A stretch of 64,000 bases of DNA from an uncultured bacterium (GTDB taxonomy: Bacteria > Bacteroidota > Ignavibacteria > OLB7): contig CBHYLN010000006.1 of assembly GCA_966128725.1 (NCBI GenBank), positions 6,236-70,235 on the forward strand, in the 5' to 3' direction. Numbering within the stretch: the stretch's first letter is position 1; every line of letters begins with the position of its first letter. This document shows positions 40,004 to 49,454 of this stretch, piece by piece. The notes below the pieces were generated by a model that was not told the origin of the DNA, did not search any database, and worked only from the letters and a program-made list of their open reading frames with translations. The translations under genes and the position numbers were made by a program.

Positions 40004-42045
40004 TCGCTTCGTACCGGCGCCACGGTATCGCTCATGTCGTGGAGGTGTTCCGCCAGGAACGTATTCGCCGTGCGTACGCGGCCGCGCCAATCCCCCCGCC
40101 CACAGCCAACGAACTGCTTGCCACGTACGGCATCAACGACGGTGATGCGCGCACGTTCATCGAACGCTTTGCCGGCGGGGCCGCAGCCAGCCTGCCGCCC
40201 GTTGCCGCGATCAAGGCCGGCTCGTTCGGCCGCGATCTTATTGCCCTTGGCATCGGCGACCAGTTGCGCTCCGACGCATCGACGATTGCGTCCGGGCGTT
40301 TCGAGGGGCTTGGGATCTGCATCAACGAACCGGGCGGCGAGTTCGATTGGAGCCGTGACTACGGCAGCGCGCACCGGTGGCCGCCCGTACCGTTCAACCG
40401 GATCGCCTATGGCGCCAACGACGGAGCCGATGTAAAGTATCCGTGGGAACTCAGCCGCATGTATTGGATCGGCTGGCTGGGCATGGCGCATCATACCGAA
40501 CCCGGCGGCATGTGGCCCGCGCAGTTCGTGCGCCTGCTGGACCATTGGGCAGCGTGCAACCCGGTGAACGTGGGTGTGAACTGGGCAATGCCGATGGAGG
40601 TTGGCATCCGTGGATTCTGGCTGGTGATGGGATACGCGTTGTTCGGCGATGCCGACTCGATTACGCCGGGATGGTGGGTAAACTACCTCTGCCTTGCCTG
40701 GGCGCACGGCGCGTACCTGGAGCACAACCTGGAGTACTTCTCCAATCTTACCAACCACTACATAGCAAACTGCCTGGGCCTGGTGGCCCTTGGCGCGTTG
40801 TTCGCCGACACCGTCACGGGCCAGCGCTGGCTGCGTAACGGGCGTGACCGGCTGATCGCCGAGCTGGAGCATCAGGTATTGCCCGACGGCACGCACTACG
40901 AGCGCTCGGTAGGATATCATCGGCTTGTGCTGGAGATGTACCTGGCCGCGCAGGCCCTGCTGCAGGGCGCACGCCTGCCGTTCGGCGCGCAGGCGTGCGC
41001 GAGGCTCGAACGCATGGCGGAGTTCCTGCGCGACTATTCACCGAACGCAGTTGGTGCGCCGCCGCCAACCGTACCGCAGTTCGGCGACTCGGACAACGGC
41101 GTACTGCTGCGGCTTTCGATGGATCAGGAGCTGTACAACCATCATGACACGCTGGCGCTGGCAGGGGCGGTTCTGCACCGAAAGGATCTGCTTCGCGATG
41201 CAGGCGGCGACCACGCATGCTCTGTTCTGCTGGGTTATCCGGGTACCGATCAGCCACAGGGGCCGTCCGGCAGCAACGGCGGCACGCCGGGACCGGAGCC
41301 CGCGCTGGGGTCGGTGCTGTATCCCGATGGCGGGTTTGCTGTTCTGCGTGGCGCAGGCTGGCATGTTGTTGCCGACGTCGGCCCGATTGGGCTGCACGGA
41401 AACAACGACACGCTGGCCTTTACGGTTAACGGCGCAACCGGCGCGTTTATCATCGACCCCGGAACCTACTGCTACACACGTTCCCCCCGCCTTCGCAACA
41501 CATTGCGCTCATCACGGGCACACAATGCGCCGGTACTGAACGGCGCCGAAACGGCCGAGTTCGACGGCCTGTGGCGCGTGCGGCACGACGGCACCAACAC
41601 ACGCGTGCTGCGCTGGGAGCACCAGCAACGCCAGGACCAAAACGGCACAGCGGATGAAACGTTGCTTGTTGCCGAACACGCCGCTTATGACAGGCCCCCT
41701 CTGGCGGCGCGTGTGCGGCGCACGTGGCAACTGCGCGGCAACGAGCTGCGTGTGCGCGATGCGGTCATCGGCGTGGGCCGGCATCAGGTGGCGGTCCGGT
41801 TTGCGGTGGCGGCCGACGCGCGTACAGTGCAACAGGCGCCGAACGTTGTTGTCATCATCCGCCCGGGCGGCGAACAACTGACACTGGAGTGCTCGCACGA
41901 GCTGGCCATCGAATCCGGCTGGTACTCGCCGAGCTACGGTGTGGCCGCCGGCAATCAGTGGATAACGCTGAGCGCCGGGATTGCCGCGGTTGCTCCGGAT
42001 GGGACCGATCAAATAGCGTATATTTGGCGCTTATCCTCGCTGTAA
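39964..42045 (+). CDS. heparinase II/III-like (alginate-lyase-type) protein
   Basis: 693 aa. Central (alpha/alpha)6 toroid and C-terminal beta-sandwich signatures (LPDGTHYERSVGYHRLVLEMY, WHVVADVGPIGLHGNNDTLAF, PGTYCYT). 40-nt overlap with the upstream lipoprotein gene. Confidence 0.65.
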   Translation: MAYSKLARRLKFLIASYRRHGIAHVVEVFRQERIRRAYAAAPIPPPTANELLATYGINDGDARTFIERFAGGAAASLPPVAAIKAGSFGRDLIALGIGDQLRSDASTIASGRFEGLGICINEPGGEFDWSRDYGSAHRWPPVPFNRIAYGANDGADVKYPWELSRMYWIGWLGMAHHTEPGGMWPAQFVRLLDHWAACNPVNVGVNWAMPMEVGIRGFWLVMGYALFGDADSITPGWWVNYLCLAWAHGAYLEHNLEYFSNLTNHYIANCLGLVALGALFADTVTGQRWLRNGRDRLIAELEHQVLPDGTHYERSVGYHRLVLEMYLAAQALLQGARLPFGAQACARLERMAEFLRDYSPNAVGAPPPTVPQFGDSDNGVLLRLSMDQELYNHHDTLALAGAVLHRKDLLRDAGGDHACSVLLGYPGTDQPQGPSGSNGGTPGPEPALGSVLYPDGGFAVLRGAGWHVVADVGPIGLHGNNDTLAFTVNGATGAFIIDPGTYCYTRSPRLRNTLRSSRAHNAPVLNGAETAEFDGLWRVRHDGTNTRVLRWEHQQRQDQNGTADETLLVAEHAAYDRPPLAARVRRTWQLRGNELRVRDAVIGVGRHQVAVRFAVAADARTVQQAPNVVVIIRPGGEQLTLECSHELAIESGWYSPSYGVAAGNQWITLSAGIAAVAPDGTDQIAYIWRLSSL

Positions 42046-42053
42046 CTGTACCA

Positions 42054-43427
42054 ATGTCCGAAACGCCCGCAGCCACGCCCCCCGGATCGCGCCGAACCAT
42101 GTCGCCGTTGAAACTCGCGGCATGGGCAGCCGCGGACAAGATCCTGCCGATGCTCTATGGCGTGGCCGTGATCTTCATTCCCCTTCGGTGCCTGAGTGCC
42201 GAGGAGTGGGGAGCGTGGACGAACACACAGATGGTGTTCATGATCATCGCGCTTGTTGGTGACTTCTTCGTGTTGCAGCCGATGGTTAAGATCACCGCCG
42301 AAACCGACGACGACCCACGCCCGGTGATAACGGCGTCGTTCCTGCTGTACGCCGCGTTCACGCTGGTGCTGGGCCTTGGCGTGACGTTCGGGCAGAACTC
42401 GCTTGCGGCCCTCGTGAAGTCGCCGGAGGCCGCGGCCTCATTCGGTCTGATGGGCTGGCTGATTCTAGCGAACATCGTGCGTACCGTGGCAATCCGGGCA
42501 CTTCAGATTTACTACCGCATCATCGCGATTTTTGTTGTCGACGCTGTGTACTTCGTGCCGCTGATCGCCTTGATGGTGGTGGGCCAGCGGACCGACACGT
42601 TCAAGTCGTCGGTGGATTTCGTGAACTACAACCTGATCGCGTTTGGCATCAGTTCGGTTGTGGGCGTGGCGCTGTGCGGGCGCGTGCTGCTGCCGCGGCT
42701 TACCAACGTCGGGCGGTCGGTGCGTCGCCTGCTTGATCTCGGCATTCATCAGGGCGGCACCGGAATGCTTACGGTGCTGCAACAACAAAGCGATCTGGCG
42801 ATTGTCTCCGGCCTGCGCGGCGGCGTTGCAGCCGGCCTGTACAATGCAGCACGCACCTTCTACCGCTTTTTCGATTCGGTGCGCGATGCCGCGCAGCTAC
42901 TGCTTGTGCCGGCTACCTCGCGCGCGTACACACAGGAGCGGATCGAGGATGTGGAGGAAGTCACCGAGCTGGCCACCGCGGCAATCGCCGCATTGATGAT
43001 TCCGCTCTCGATTGTGATGATCGCCCTGGCGCCCTGGATTGTGCCGATTGTGCTGCACAAACCCGATGCGGTTGAGGAGTTCCAGATCCTGATGGCCGGC
43101 GGTTTCGTGATGCCGTTCGTGATTGTACCCTCGGCGGTATTGCTCGGCATCGGCCACACGCGCGATCTGTATCGGTGCACATTCGTGGGCACGGTTGTGC
43201 TGATCGTGGGCGGCTTCGCCCTGACATGGTTCTTTGGCAGCGAGGGCATGGCGGCCGGCGTATTGCTGGGCACATCGGTGACTGCCATCCTGCTCACACG
43301 GAGAATGAATCGCCACGTACCGTTCACGTTCCGGTCGGTGTTGCGGCGCTCACGCAGCTTCGGGCCGCTGGTTCGGCGACGCCTGGCAATGCTGCAATTA
43401 CCCACCAAGCGCAACGGAAACAACTGA
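42054..43427 (+). CDS. polysaccharide biosynthesis protein / Wzx-like flippase (MOP superfamily)
   Basis: 457 aa from the ATG at 42054, immediately after the heparinase stop. ~12-14 TM and N-terminal KILPMLYGVAVIFIPLRCLSAEEWG pattern typical of polysaccharide exporters. Confidence 0.6.
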   Translation: MSETPAATPPGSRRTMSPLKLAAWAAADKILPMLYGVAVIFIPLRCLSAEEWGAWTNTQMVFMIIALVGDFFVLQPMVKITAETDDDPRPVITASFLLYAAFTLVLGLGVTFGQNSLAALVKSPEAAASFGLMGWLILANIVRTVAIRALQIYYRIIAIFVVDAVYFVPLIALMVVGQRTDTFKSSVDFVNYNLIAFGISSVVGVALCGRVLLPRLTNVGRSVRRLLDLGIHQGGTGMLTVLQQQSDLAIVSGLRGGVAAGLYNAARTFYRFFDSVRDAAQLLLVPATSRAYTQERIEDVEEVTELATAAIAALMIPLSIVMIALAPWIVPIVLHKPDAVEEFQILMAGGFVMPFVIVPSAVLLGIGHTRDLYRCTFVGTVVLIVGGFALTWFFGSEGMAAGVLLGTSVTAILLTRRMNRHVPFTFRSVLRRSRSFGPLVRRRLAMLQLPTKRNGNN

Positions 43428-43802
43428 CAGGCAGCCGCCACACGCAATCGGCCTGCGCACGGGTAGTATGCCATGCCCGAATGCGCCTTGCTCGATGCAT
43501 GGCATACACCCACAGCTTCACATCGGGAACCGTTGCTCACAGCGCGCAGGCCCCGCATCAACAAGCAGTGGATCGCAACTTTTACCCTGAAATTTTTGCG
43601 TAGTTCGCGCGAAATGGATGCGCGTTCCGATGGAAATCCATAACTTTGCCACGCTTCGAACATCGTTGAGCGACCATGCACGGCACACCATGCGTATGCG
43701 CCAGCTCGTCGGTTCGGGCCCCCGAACTGAACGCCGGTTGCCGACCGCCACGAAGATGCCTACCCTCCAGTTCGGCAACTCCGGCACAAAACACATTCAA
43801 CC

Positions 43803-44885
43803 TTGGTAGAGACTGTTCCTATGGCAGACCCAATGAAGGAAGCGCGCCAGCGTGCGATCACCAATGCGGTGGATCAGATCGAAAAGCAGTTTGGCAAGGG
43901 GGCGATCATGCGCCTGAGCGACTCGGCCGTGGTGCCGGTCGAGGCCATTTCCACGGGGTCGCTCTCATTGGATGCGGCCATCGGAATCGGCGGCATCCCC
44001 CGCGGTCGTATCACGGAGATCTACGGTCCGGAATCGTCGGGCAAGACCACGGTGTGCCTTCACGTGATCGCCGAGGCGCAGAAGCGTGGCGGCGTGGCGG
44101 CATTCGTTGATGCCGAACACGCGTTGGATATCAACTACGCGGCACGCCTGGGCGTGGACGTCAACAACCTGCTGCTGGCACAGCCCGAGTTCGGCGAGCA
44201 GGCGCTGGAGATCGTGGAGACGCTTGTGCGCTCCGGGGCGATCGACGTGGTTGTGATCGACTCGGTTGCCGCGCTTACGCCGCGCGTGGAAATCGAGGGC
44301 GAGATGGGCGACGCGCAGATGGGATCGCAGGCGCGCCTGATGTCGCAGGCGATGCGGAAGCTGAACGCCGCGATTGGCCGCAGCAACGCCATCGTGCTGT
44401 TCACCAACCAGCTTCGTTCCAAGATCGGTGTGATCTACGGCAACCCCGAGACCACAACCGGCGGCAACGCGCTGAAGTTCTACGCGTCGGTCCGCATCGA
44501 CATTCGCCGCAAGGAAGTGCTGAAGGACGGGCAGGAGATTGTCGGAAACCGCGTTCGCGCGAAGATCGTGAAGAACAAGGTGGCGCCTCCGTTCCGCGAG
44601 GTTGAGTTCGACGTGATGTACAACGAGGGGATCTCGAAGATCGGCGACGTTATCGATATCGCGATCGAGAACAGCCTTGTGCAGAAGAGCGGCTCGTGGT
44701 TCACCTTCGGTGAGGAGCGCGTGCAGGGTCGCGACCAGCTTAAGAAGCTGTTTCAGGACCAGCCCGAAACCTTCGCCTCGTTGGAATCACTGGTGCGCGA
44801 ACGGCTTGGCATCCGCGACCCGCAGCCACTGTCGGACATGCCCAACAGCGGCATCGACAATCAGAAAGGCAAGCCGTCGAAGTAA
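43803..44885 (+). CDS. recA: recombinase RecA
   Basis: Walker [11 protein letters not shown]1/L2 loops, [11 protein letters not shown]. 360 aa. Confidence 0.9.
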   Translation: MVETVPMADPMKEARQRAITNAVDQIEKQFGKGAIMRLSDSAVVPVEAISTGSLSLDAAIGIGGIPRGRITEIYGPESSGKTTVCLHVIAEAQKRGGVAAFVDAEHALDINYAARLGVDVNNLLLAQPEFGEQALEIVETLVRSGAIDVVVIDSVAALTPRVEIEGEMGDAQMGSQARLMSQAMRKLNAAIGRSNAIVLFTNQLRSKIGVIYGNPETTTGGNALKFYASVRIDIRRKEVLKDGQEIVGNRVRAKIVKNKVAPPFREVEFDVMYNEGISKIGDVIDIAIENSLVQKSGSWFTFGEERVQGRDQLKKLFQDQPETFASLESLVRERLGIRDPQPLSDMPNSGIDNQKGKPSK

Positions 44886-44911
44886 CGTCGGGCTGCACGA
44901 ACAAACATCCG

Positions 44912-44952
44912 CCCGCCCGTGTTGGTTTACCATCAGCACGGGCGGTTTCACG
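44912..44952 (+). terminator. putative intrinsic terminator downstream of recA
   Basis: CCGCCCGTG ... CACGGGCGG stem with a 15-nt loop, followed by TTTCACGTT. Confidence 0.45.
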
Positions 44953-45470
44953 TTCGGAAGTGCCATAGCCATCGCCGTTCCTGGAACTGAGACGGATTAG
45001 GGGATTGGCTGTACGCCGCATGCAGCGGCAAACGGCGTCCTTGATACAAACGGAGCGCACACGCGAAGCCGATGATCTGTTGGAAATACAGGCGACAAGT
45101 TGTGCTCCAAGTGCTTTACAAATAGCCAAACAATCGTATTTTGGGCGTGCTAACTCTCATCCGGCAGGTTTTTGAACGTGTGTACTTGTGGCTGCTCCAC
45201 AATGCGACCCCGTTCCTCTTTTCCCAAACCGGTCGCTGTGTCTGTTCGGTCCCGCATTGACACCCCAATCAGCATTACAGTAGCCCTATCTCGATAGATA
45301 TGTGCGCTTGTTGTGCCTGAATTCATGCGCCTGTCGCCGTGATTCCCCCGGTTGACGTTGGTAGCCTCCGAACTAACCTTTGCGCATTCGCTGTATCGCG
45401 GCCTGCATGGCAGTGATACGTTGATTGCCGCATCGATATGACTAACCCTCACTGAGCTCGGGTCAAACAC

Positions 45471-46733
45471 ATGAAGAAGCGCACGCTCTCGACCAACAGC
45501 AGCCGACGTTCGGCTTTGAAAACTCTCGGCATGGCCTCGGCCGCAACGCTTACCGCGCCGTTCCTCACGACGATGTCCGGCTCGGTTGGTTCGGTTGCAA
45601 CGGCCGGTACGTTCATCGGTCGGCGCCGCGATCTCCGTTTGGCTGTGCTTATGCCCGGCACGCAGGGTGTTGGCACTGCTTCGTTTAACAACGGCATCAA
45701 CCTTGCCCTGGAAATGGCGGGCACAACGGCCGTTCGTGCGCGCGTTCACGATATCGGCGGCGGCGTCAGTTGCGCTGTACGCTTCGCGCGCGAGCAGGCG
45801 GCAAACCGCGACGCGGATGTTGCAATCGGACTGATGAGCCCACGTGTGGCACGATGGCTGGATACGGATCTGGAGCAGGCAAGGCTTCCTTTGATCGTTG
45901 CCGGCGCCGGCGAACGGGCGGTCAGCAGCGACGCGGTTTCCCCGGCGTTTGTGTACACAACCTTGCAGCTCACCAGCGCCGCCTACGCCGCTGGTGCATG
46001 GGCCGCCAATAACCTTGGCCGTTCGTGTGCGCTTGCGGCATCGTATTACGAAGCGGGATACGATATCGTGCATGCCTTCGGGGCCGGGTTCCAGGCCGCC
46101 GGTGGCACTGTGATATCCAGCTACATCAGTGGCTCACCGGTTTCAACGGTAACCGCCCACGATGTTGTGCGGGCGATCGCCGAAAGCAAGGCCGACGTTG
46201 TTGGCGCTTTCTACAACGGCGCGGAAGCAGCCGAGTTCTTTGCCCGGTATGCGTCGTACGAGAGCACCGCATACCGGCCCGTTGTTGGCAGTGCGCTGGT
46301 TTCCCCAACACAGACCTCGGGCATTCGCCTGATGAGCGGCACCACGTGGTCGGCCGCGCTCGACAACGTTGCCAACCGCGCGTTCGTTGACGCGTACACC
46401 GCACGGTTCGCGCAGGCGCCCGATTCCTTCGCGCTGCTTGGCTACGAGAGCGCGCAGCGCGCGATCGACGCCTACGATCGCGGCGGCCGCGATGGCGTGG
46501 TTGAGGCGCTTCGCTCCTCGGCATCGAATGCTCAGGTTGCGGTTGGCGCCCGTGGCATGGTTGCCGTGAACAAGGGGACAAACGAGATTTCGGCCCCGGT
46601 GTATCTCCGCCGTTTCAACAGCGACGGAACCGAGGAGATGGTCGCCGAACTTTCCACGGCCGATCAGGCACAGAAGATTGCCGCGCAGCTCCCACAGCGC
46701 AGCGGCTGGATTACTTCCTACCTCACAGTATAG
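45471..46733 (+). CDS. Tat-signal periplasmic-binding-protein-like protein (type I PBP / LivJ-like fold), orphan
   Basis: Twin-arginine motif SRRSALKTLGMASAA. ~390-aa mature domain, Ala/Gly-rich alpha/beta pattern of type I PBPs. No ABC transporter genes adjacent. Family assignment from pattern only. Confidence 0.5.
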   Translation: MKKRTLSTNSSRRSALKTLGMASAATLTAPFLTTMSGSVGSVATAGTFIGRRRDLRLAVLMPGTQGVGTASFNNGINLALEMAGTTAVRARVHDIGGGVSCAVRFAREQAANRDADVAIGLMSPRVARWLDTDLEQARLPLIVAGAGERAVSSDAVSPAFVYTTLQLTSAAYAAGAWAANNLGRSCALAASYYEAGYDIVHAFGAGFQAAGGTVISSYISGSPVSTVTAHDVVRAIAESKADVVGAFYNGAEAAEFFARYASYESTAYRPVVGSALVSPTQTSGIRLMSGTTWSAALDNVANRAFVDAYTARFAQAPDSFALLGYESAQRAIDAYDRGGRDGVVEALRSSASNAQVAVGARGMVAVNKGTNEISAPVYLRRFNSDGTEEMVAELSTADQAQKIAAQLPQRSGWITSYLTV

Positions 46734-46868
46734 GAGTCGGTTACCGCCGAGAGATGGATTCCCTTGAGGCCAGATCTCACCAACATCGGCGAACCGCGTT
46801 TCGATGGGACGGATGCACGGCATTGGGCCGTGCGAGTTCACACAACCATTTAGTTAGGAGAAGTTCAC

Positions 46869-47396
46869 ATGGCAGAACCGTTTATCGGCCAGATCATCCA
46901 GGCTGGGTTCAACTTCGCACCGCGTGGCTACGCTACGTGTGATGGACAGCTCTTGTCCATCGCGCAGAATACGGCGCTCTTCTCGCTGCTCGGCACCACA
47001 TTCGGCGGCGACGGACGTGTCACGTTCGGGCTGCCCGATCTCCGTGGCCGTGTAGCGATTCATCAGGGCCAGGGTCCGGGCCTTACCCCCCGTGTGATGG
47101 GCGAGGCAGCAGGCTCTGAAACGGTAACGCTGATCAACAGCGAAATGCCGATGCACAACCACCTGATGGCGGTCACCAATGTGTCGGGTGCGGTCGCGAC
47201 GCCAAACGGCAACTTCATCGCCGCGAGCAGCGATGCTAACGCCGTTGTCACGTTCCGTCCCACGTCCGACGGGTCCACGCTGAATCCGCAGTCAATCGGC
47301 CTGGCCGGTGGCAATCAGCCGCATAACAATATGCAGCCGTACCTCGTGATCAACTTCTGCATCGCGCTGCAGGGCATCTTCCCGTCGCGCAATTGA
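46869..47396 (+). CDS. phage tail-collar domain protein (MdpB-like), copy 1
   Basis: 175 aa. MAEPFIGQII..FNFAPRGYATCDGQLLSIAQNTALFSLLGTTFGGDG...LPDLRGR is the hallmark start of collar-only proteins. AGGAG Shine-Dalgarno 8 nt upstream. Confidence 0.8.
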   Translation: MAEPFIGQIIQAGFNFAPRGYATCDGQLLSIAQNTALFSLLGTTFGGDGRVTFGLPDLRGRVAIHQGQGPGLTPRVMGEAAGSETVTLINSEMPMHNHLMAVTNVSGAVATPNGNFIAASSDANAVVTFRPTSDGSTLNPQSIGLAGGNQPHNNMQPYLVINFCIALQGIFPSRN

Positions 47397-47450
47397 TCAT
47401 CGTTCGGTAACAAAAACTCAACGACTGATTAACCTGTAGGAGAACGATCA

Positions 47451-47978
47451 ATGGCAGAACCATTTATCGGTCAGATCATAATGACCGGGTTCAACTTCGC
47501 ACCGCGAGGCTACGCAACATGTGATGGGCAGCTCTTGTCCATTGCGCAGAACACGGCCCTTTTCTCGCTGCTGGGCACCACGTTCGGCGGCGACGGACAG
47601 GTCACGTTCGGATTGCCCGACCTGCGTGGTCGTGTCGGGATTCATCAGGGGCAGGGCCCCGGCCTGACCAATCGCACAATGGGTGAGGCTTCGGGCACTG
47701 AAACGGTAACGCTGATCAGCAGCCAGATGCCGATGCACAACCACTTGATGGCAACCACCAACGTGTCGGGTGCGCTCGGGACACCGAACGGCAACTTCAT
47801 CGCCGCAAGCAGTGCGCCAGGCACCGCGGTGATGTTCCGCCCTACGTCGGACGGATCCACGTTGAATCCGCAGTCCATCGGTTTGGCTGGCGGCAATCAA
47901 CCGCACAACAACATGCAGCCGTATCTGGTGATCAGCTTCAGCATCGCGTTGGAAGGAATCTTCCCGTCGCGCAACTAG
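47451..47978 (+). CDS. phage tail-collar domain protein (MdpB-like), copy 2
   Basis: 175 aa, ~77% identical to copy 1. Own AGGAG RBS. Confidence 0.8.
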   Translation: MAEPFIGQIIMTGFNFAPRGYATCDGQLLSIAQNTALFSLLGTTFGGDGQVTFGLPDLRGRVGIHQGQGPGLTNRTMGEASGTETVTLISSQMPMHNHLMATTNVSGALGTPNGNFIAASSAPGTAVMFRPTSDGSTLNPQSIGLAGGNQPHNNMQPYLVISFSIALEGIFPSRN

Positions 47979-48010
47979 CCGACATACAAACGCGTTTGTT
48001 GCGGAATATT

Positions 48011-48055
48011 GTGGCCGGCATACATCCAAGCGATCGTGCCGGCCACAGTTGTATT
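48011..48055 (+). terminator. putative terminator hairpin after collar gene 2
   Basis: GTGGCCGGCA-(16 nt)-TGCCGGCCAC inverted repeat followed by AGTTGTATTC. Confidence 0.4.
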
Positions 48056-48153
48056 CAACACCGGCACCATGGCCCGCTCGCTCCCATGATGATATGGCGC
48101 CGGTTCCACATAAAGCGCCCTTCATACGGCACATCCACCAAGAATACCCGTTC

Positions 48154-48660
48154 ATGCTTGCCAACTTCGGCCCGTATACGTTTCGCAGAATCGAGGAACG
48201 CGACAGCGAGTTTGTGCGCTCTCTGTTCCACATCACGCTGCGCTCGCAGATGCCATTTGAGCAGACCGGATTAAGCGATGACCAGATCGATGCCCTGCTG
48301 GATCACCAACTTGAGGCGCAGACACTGCACTACAGCTCCAACTACCCACAGGCCGAGATTTCAATCGTAGAGCACCCCGACGGCCCGGTGGCACGGTTGA
48401 TCATCATCGAGTTCGACAACGAGGTTCGGTTGGGTGATTTGATGGTGCTGCCCGAGCATCAGAACAATGGCCTGTGCTCATACATCATGGATCAGTACGT
48501 GGCGCTTGGCCTGGCTACCGGGCGCATGATCCGTCTGCACGTTGAGAAGGTGAACCGTGCGATCAACCTGTACAAGCGAAAGCACTTTGTCATCATCGAG
48601 GACCTGTCGTCGCACTGGCTTATGGAATACCAGCCCGAGAAAGCCTCACAAGCAGCATGA
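48154..48660 (+). CDS. GNAT family N-acetyltransferase
   Basis: 168 aa from the ATG at 48154. Acetyl-CoA motif A region (LMVLPEHQNNGLCSYIM) and beta-strand pattern of the GNAT fold. Confidence 0.6.
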   Translation: MLANFGPYTFRRIEERDSEFVRSLFHITLRSQMPFEQTGLSDDQIDALLDHQLEAQTLHYSSNYPQAEISIVEHPDGPVARLIIIEFDNEVRLGDLMVLPEHQNNGLCSYIMDQYVALGLATGRMIRLHVEKVNRAINLYKRKHFVIIEDLSSHWLMEYQPEKASQAA

Positions 48661-48944
48661 TTGTGGTGATGCAGGCAATTGTCGCGGAACACATGAAACC
48701 CGTTGGCAATTACCACGCCCCACGGGAAACCTGCGTGTTCGTGTGTATCCCGTGGAGCATGTTCAGCAAGGTTTTCGCAAAGGCATAATCCAGCTCCTGC
48801 TCACATCCGCCCCGTTGGTTCAGAGGTCGGCGATCCTCGCGAGCCAACCGGCGCACCCGCCCCTTCTCCCCATTCCACTCCGCTGCATCACGTGACCATG
48901 ACATCGGATGCAGCATTGCTACCCGGTTATAGGCCGCACGCGCG

Positions 48945-49319
48945 TCAGTTAAACACGGATTCGTACTGCCATCCGGTCTCACCCGGACCAACCGGTACCA
49001 CTCCCATCTGGAACTGCCCCACCTCCGGGTGATCGAACTGGTACAATCCCTGGCGTGTCAACGCCATTTCATCTCCACGAAACAAGAGAACAAATGGATC
49101 GGTACGCACATACCCTGCCTTGCCCAGGGCCCTGCCATCCATGGGCTTAAGCTGAAGGGGCTCGGCACTGATCAGCTCCAGATTCACGGTGACCCCATCC
49201 GGGCGAGTGACGACGAAGTTGGTGCCAACGTGCCGCACGAAGGTCTCGTATGTAAAGGGACTGGGGGTTGGCACAAATGCATTATCCACGGGGCATTCCT
49301 CTTGGCAAAGTTGGTCCAC
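48945..49319 (-). CDS. hypothetical small protein (124 aa), no recognised family
   Basis: ORF with noticeably lower GC than its surroundings, downstream of and co-oriented with the giant fibre-like gene. No motif recognised. Confidence 0.4.
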   Translation of the reverse strand: MDQLCQEECPVDNAFVPTPSPFTYETFVRHVGTNFVVTRPDGVTVNLELISAEPLQLKPMDGRALGKAGYVRTDPFVLLFRGDEMALTRQGLYQFDHPEVGQFQMGVVPVGPGETGWQYESVFN

Positions 49320-49380
49320 GAAATCCGGGGCAAACCCAAACTATCATGTTCACGATGATGATTGGATCCCCATTTACAAC

Positions 49381-49410
49381 AAGGGACATCCACATACGTG
49401 GATGTCCCTT
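49381..49410. promoter_or_regulatory. perfect 13-bp-stem palindrome (AAGGGACATCCAC-ATAC-GTGGATGTCCCTT)
   Basis: Lies between the giant gene stop (49455) and the small ORF start (49319). Either a U-tract-less terminator/attenuator or a dimeric-regulator operator. Confidence 0.45.
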
Positions 49411-49454
49411 GCTCGATGATCGTTCAACGATAGCCGTTAGCTGCAAGCAGCAGC

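Noticed and set aside
43428-43802. LexA/SOS box upstream of recA
   Set aside because: No CTGT-N8-ACAG-type palindrome found. Only weak partial inverted repeats (ATGGAT...ATCCAT) were seen, so no regulatory call is made.
45000-45110. 35-codon ATG ORF in the recA-distal spacer
   Set aside because: No RBS, atypical composition, and not conserved-looking. Not reported as a gene.
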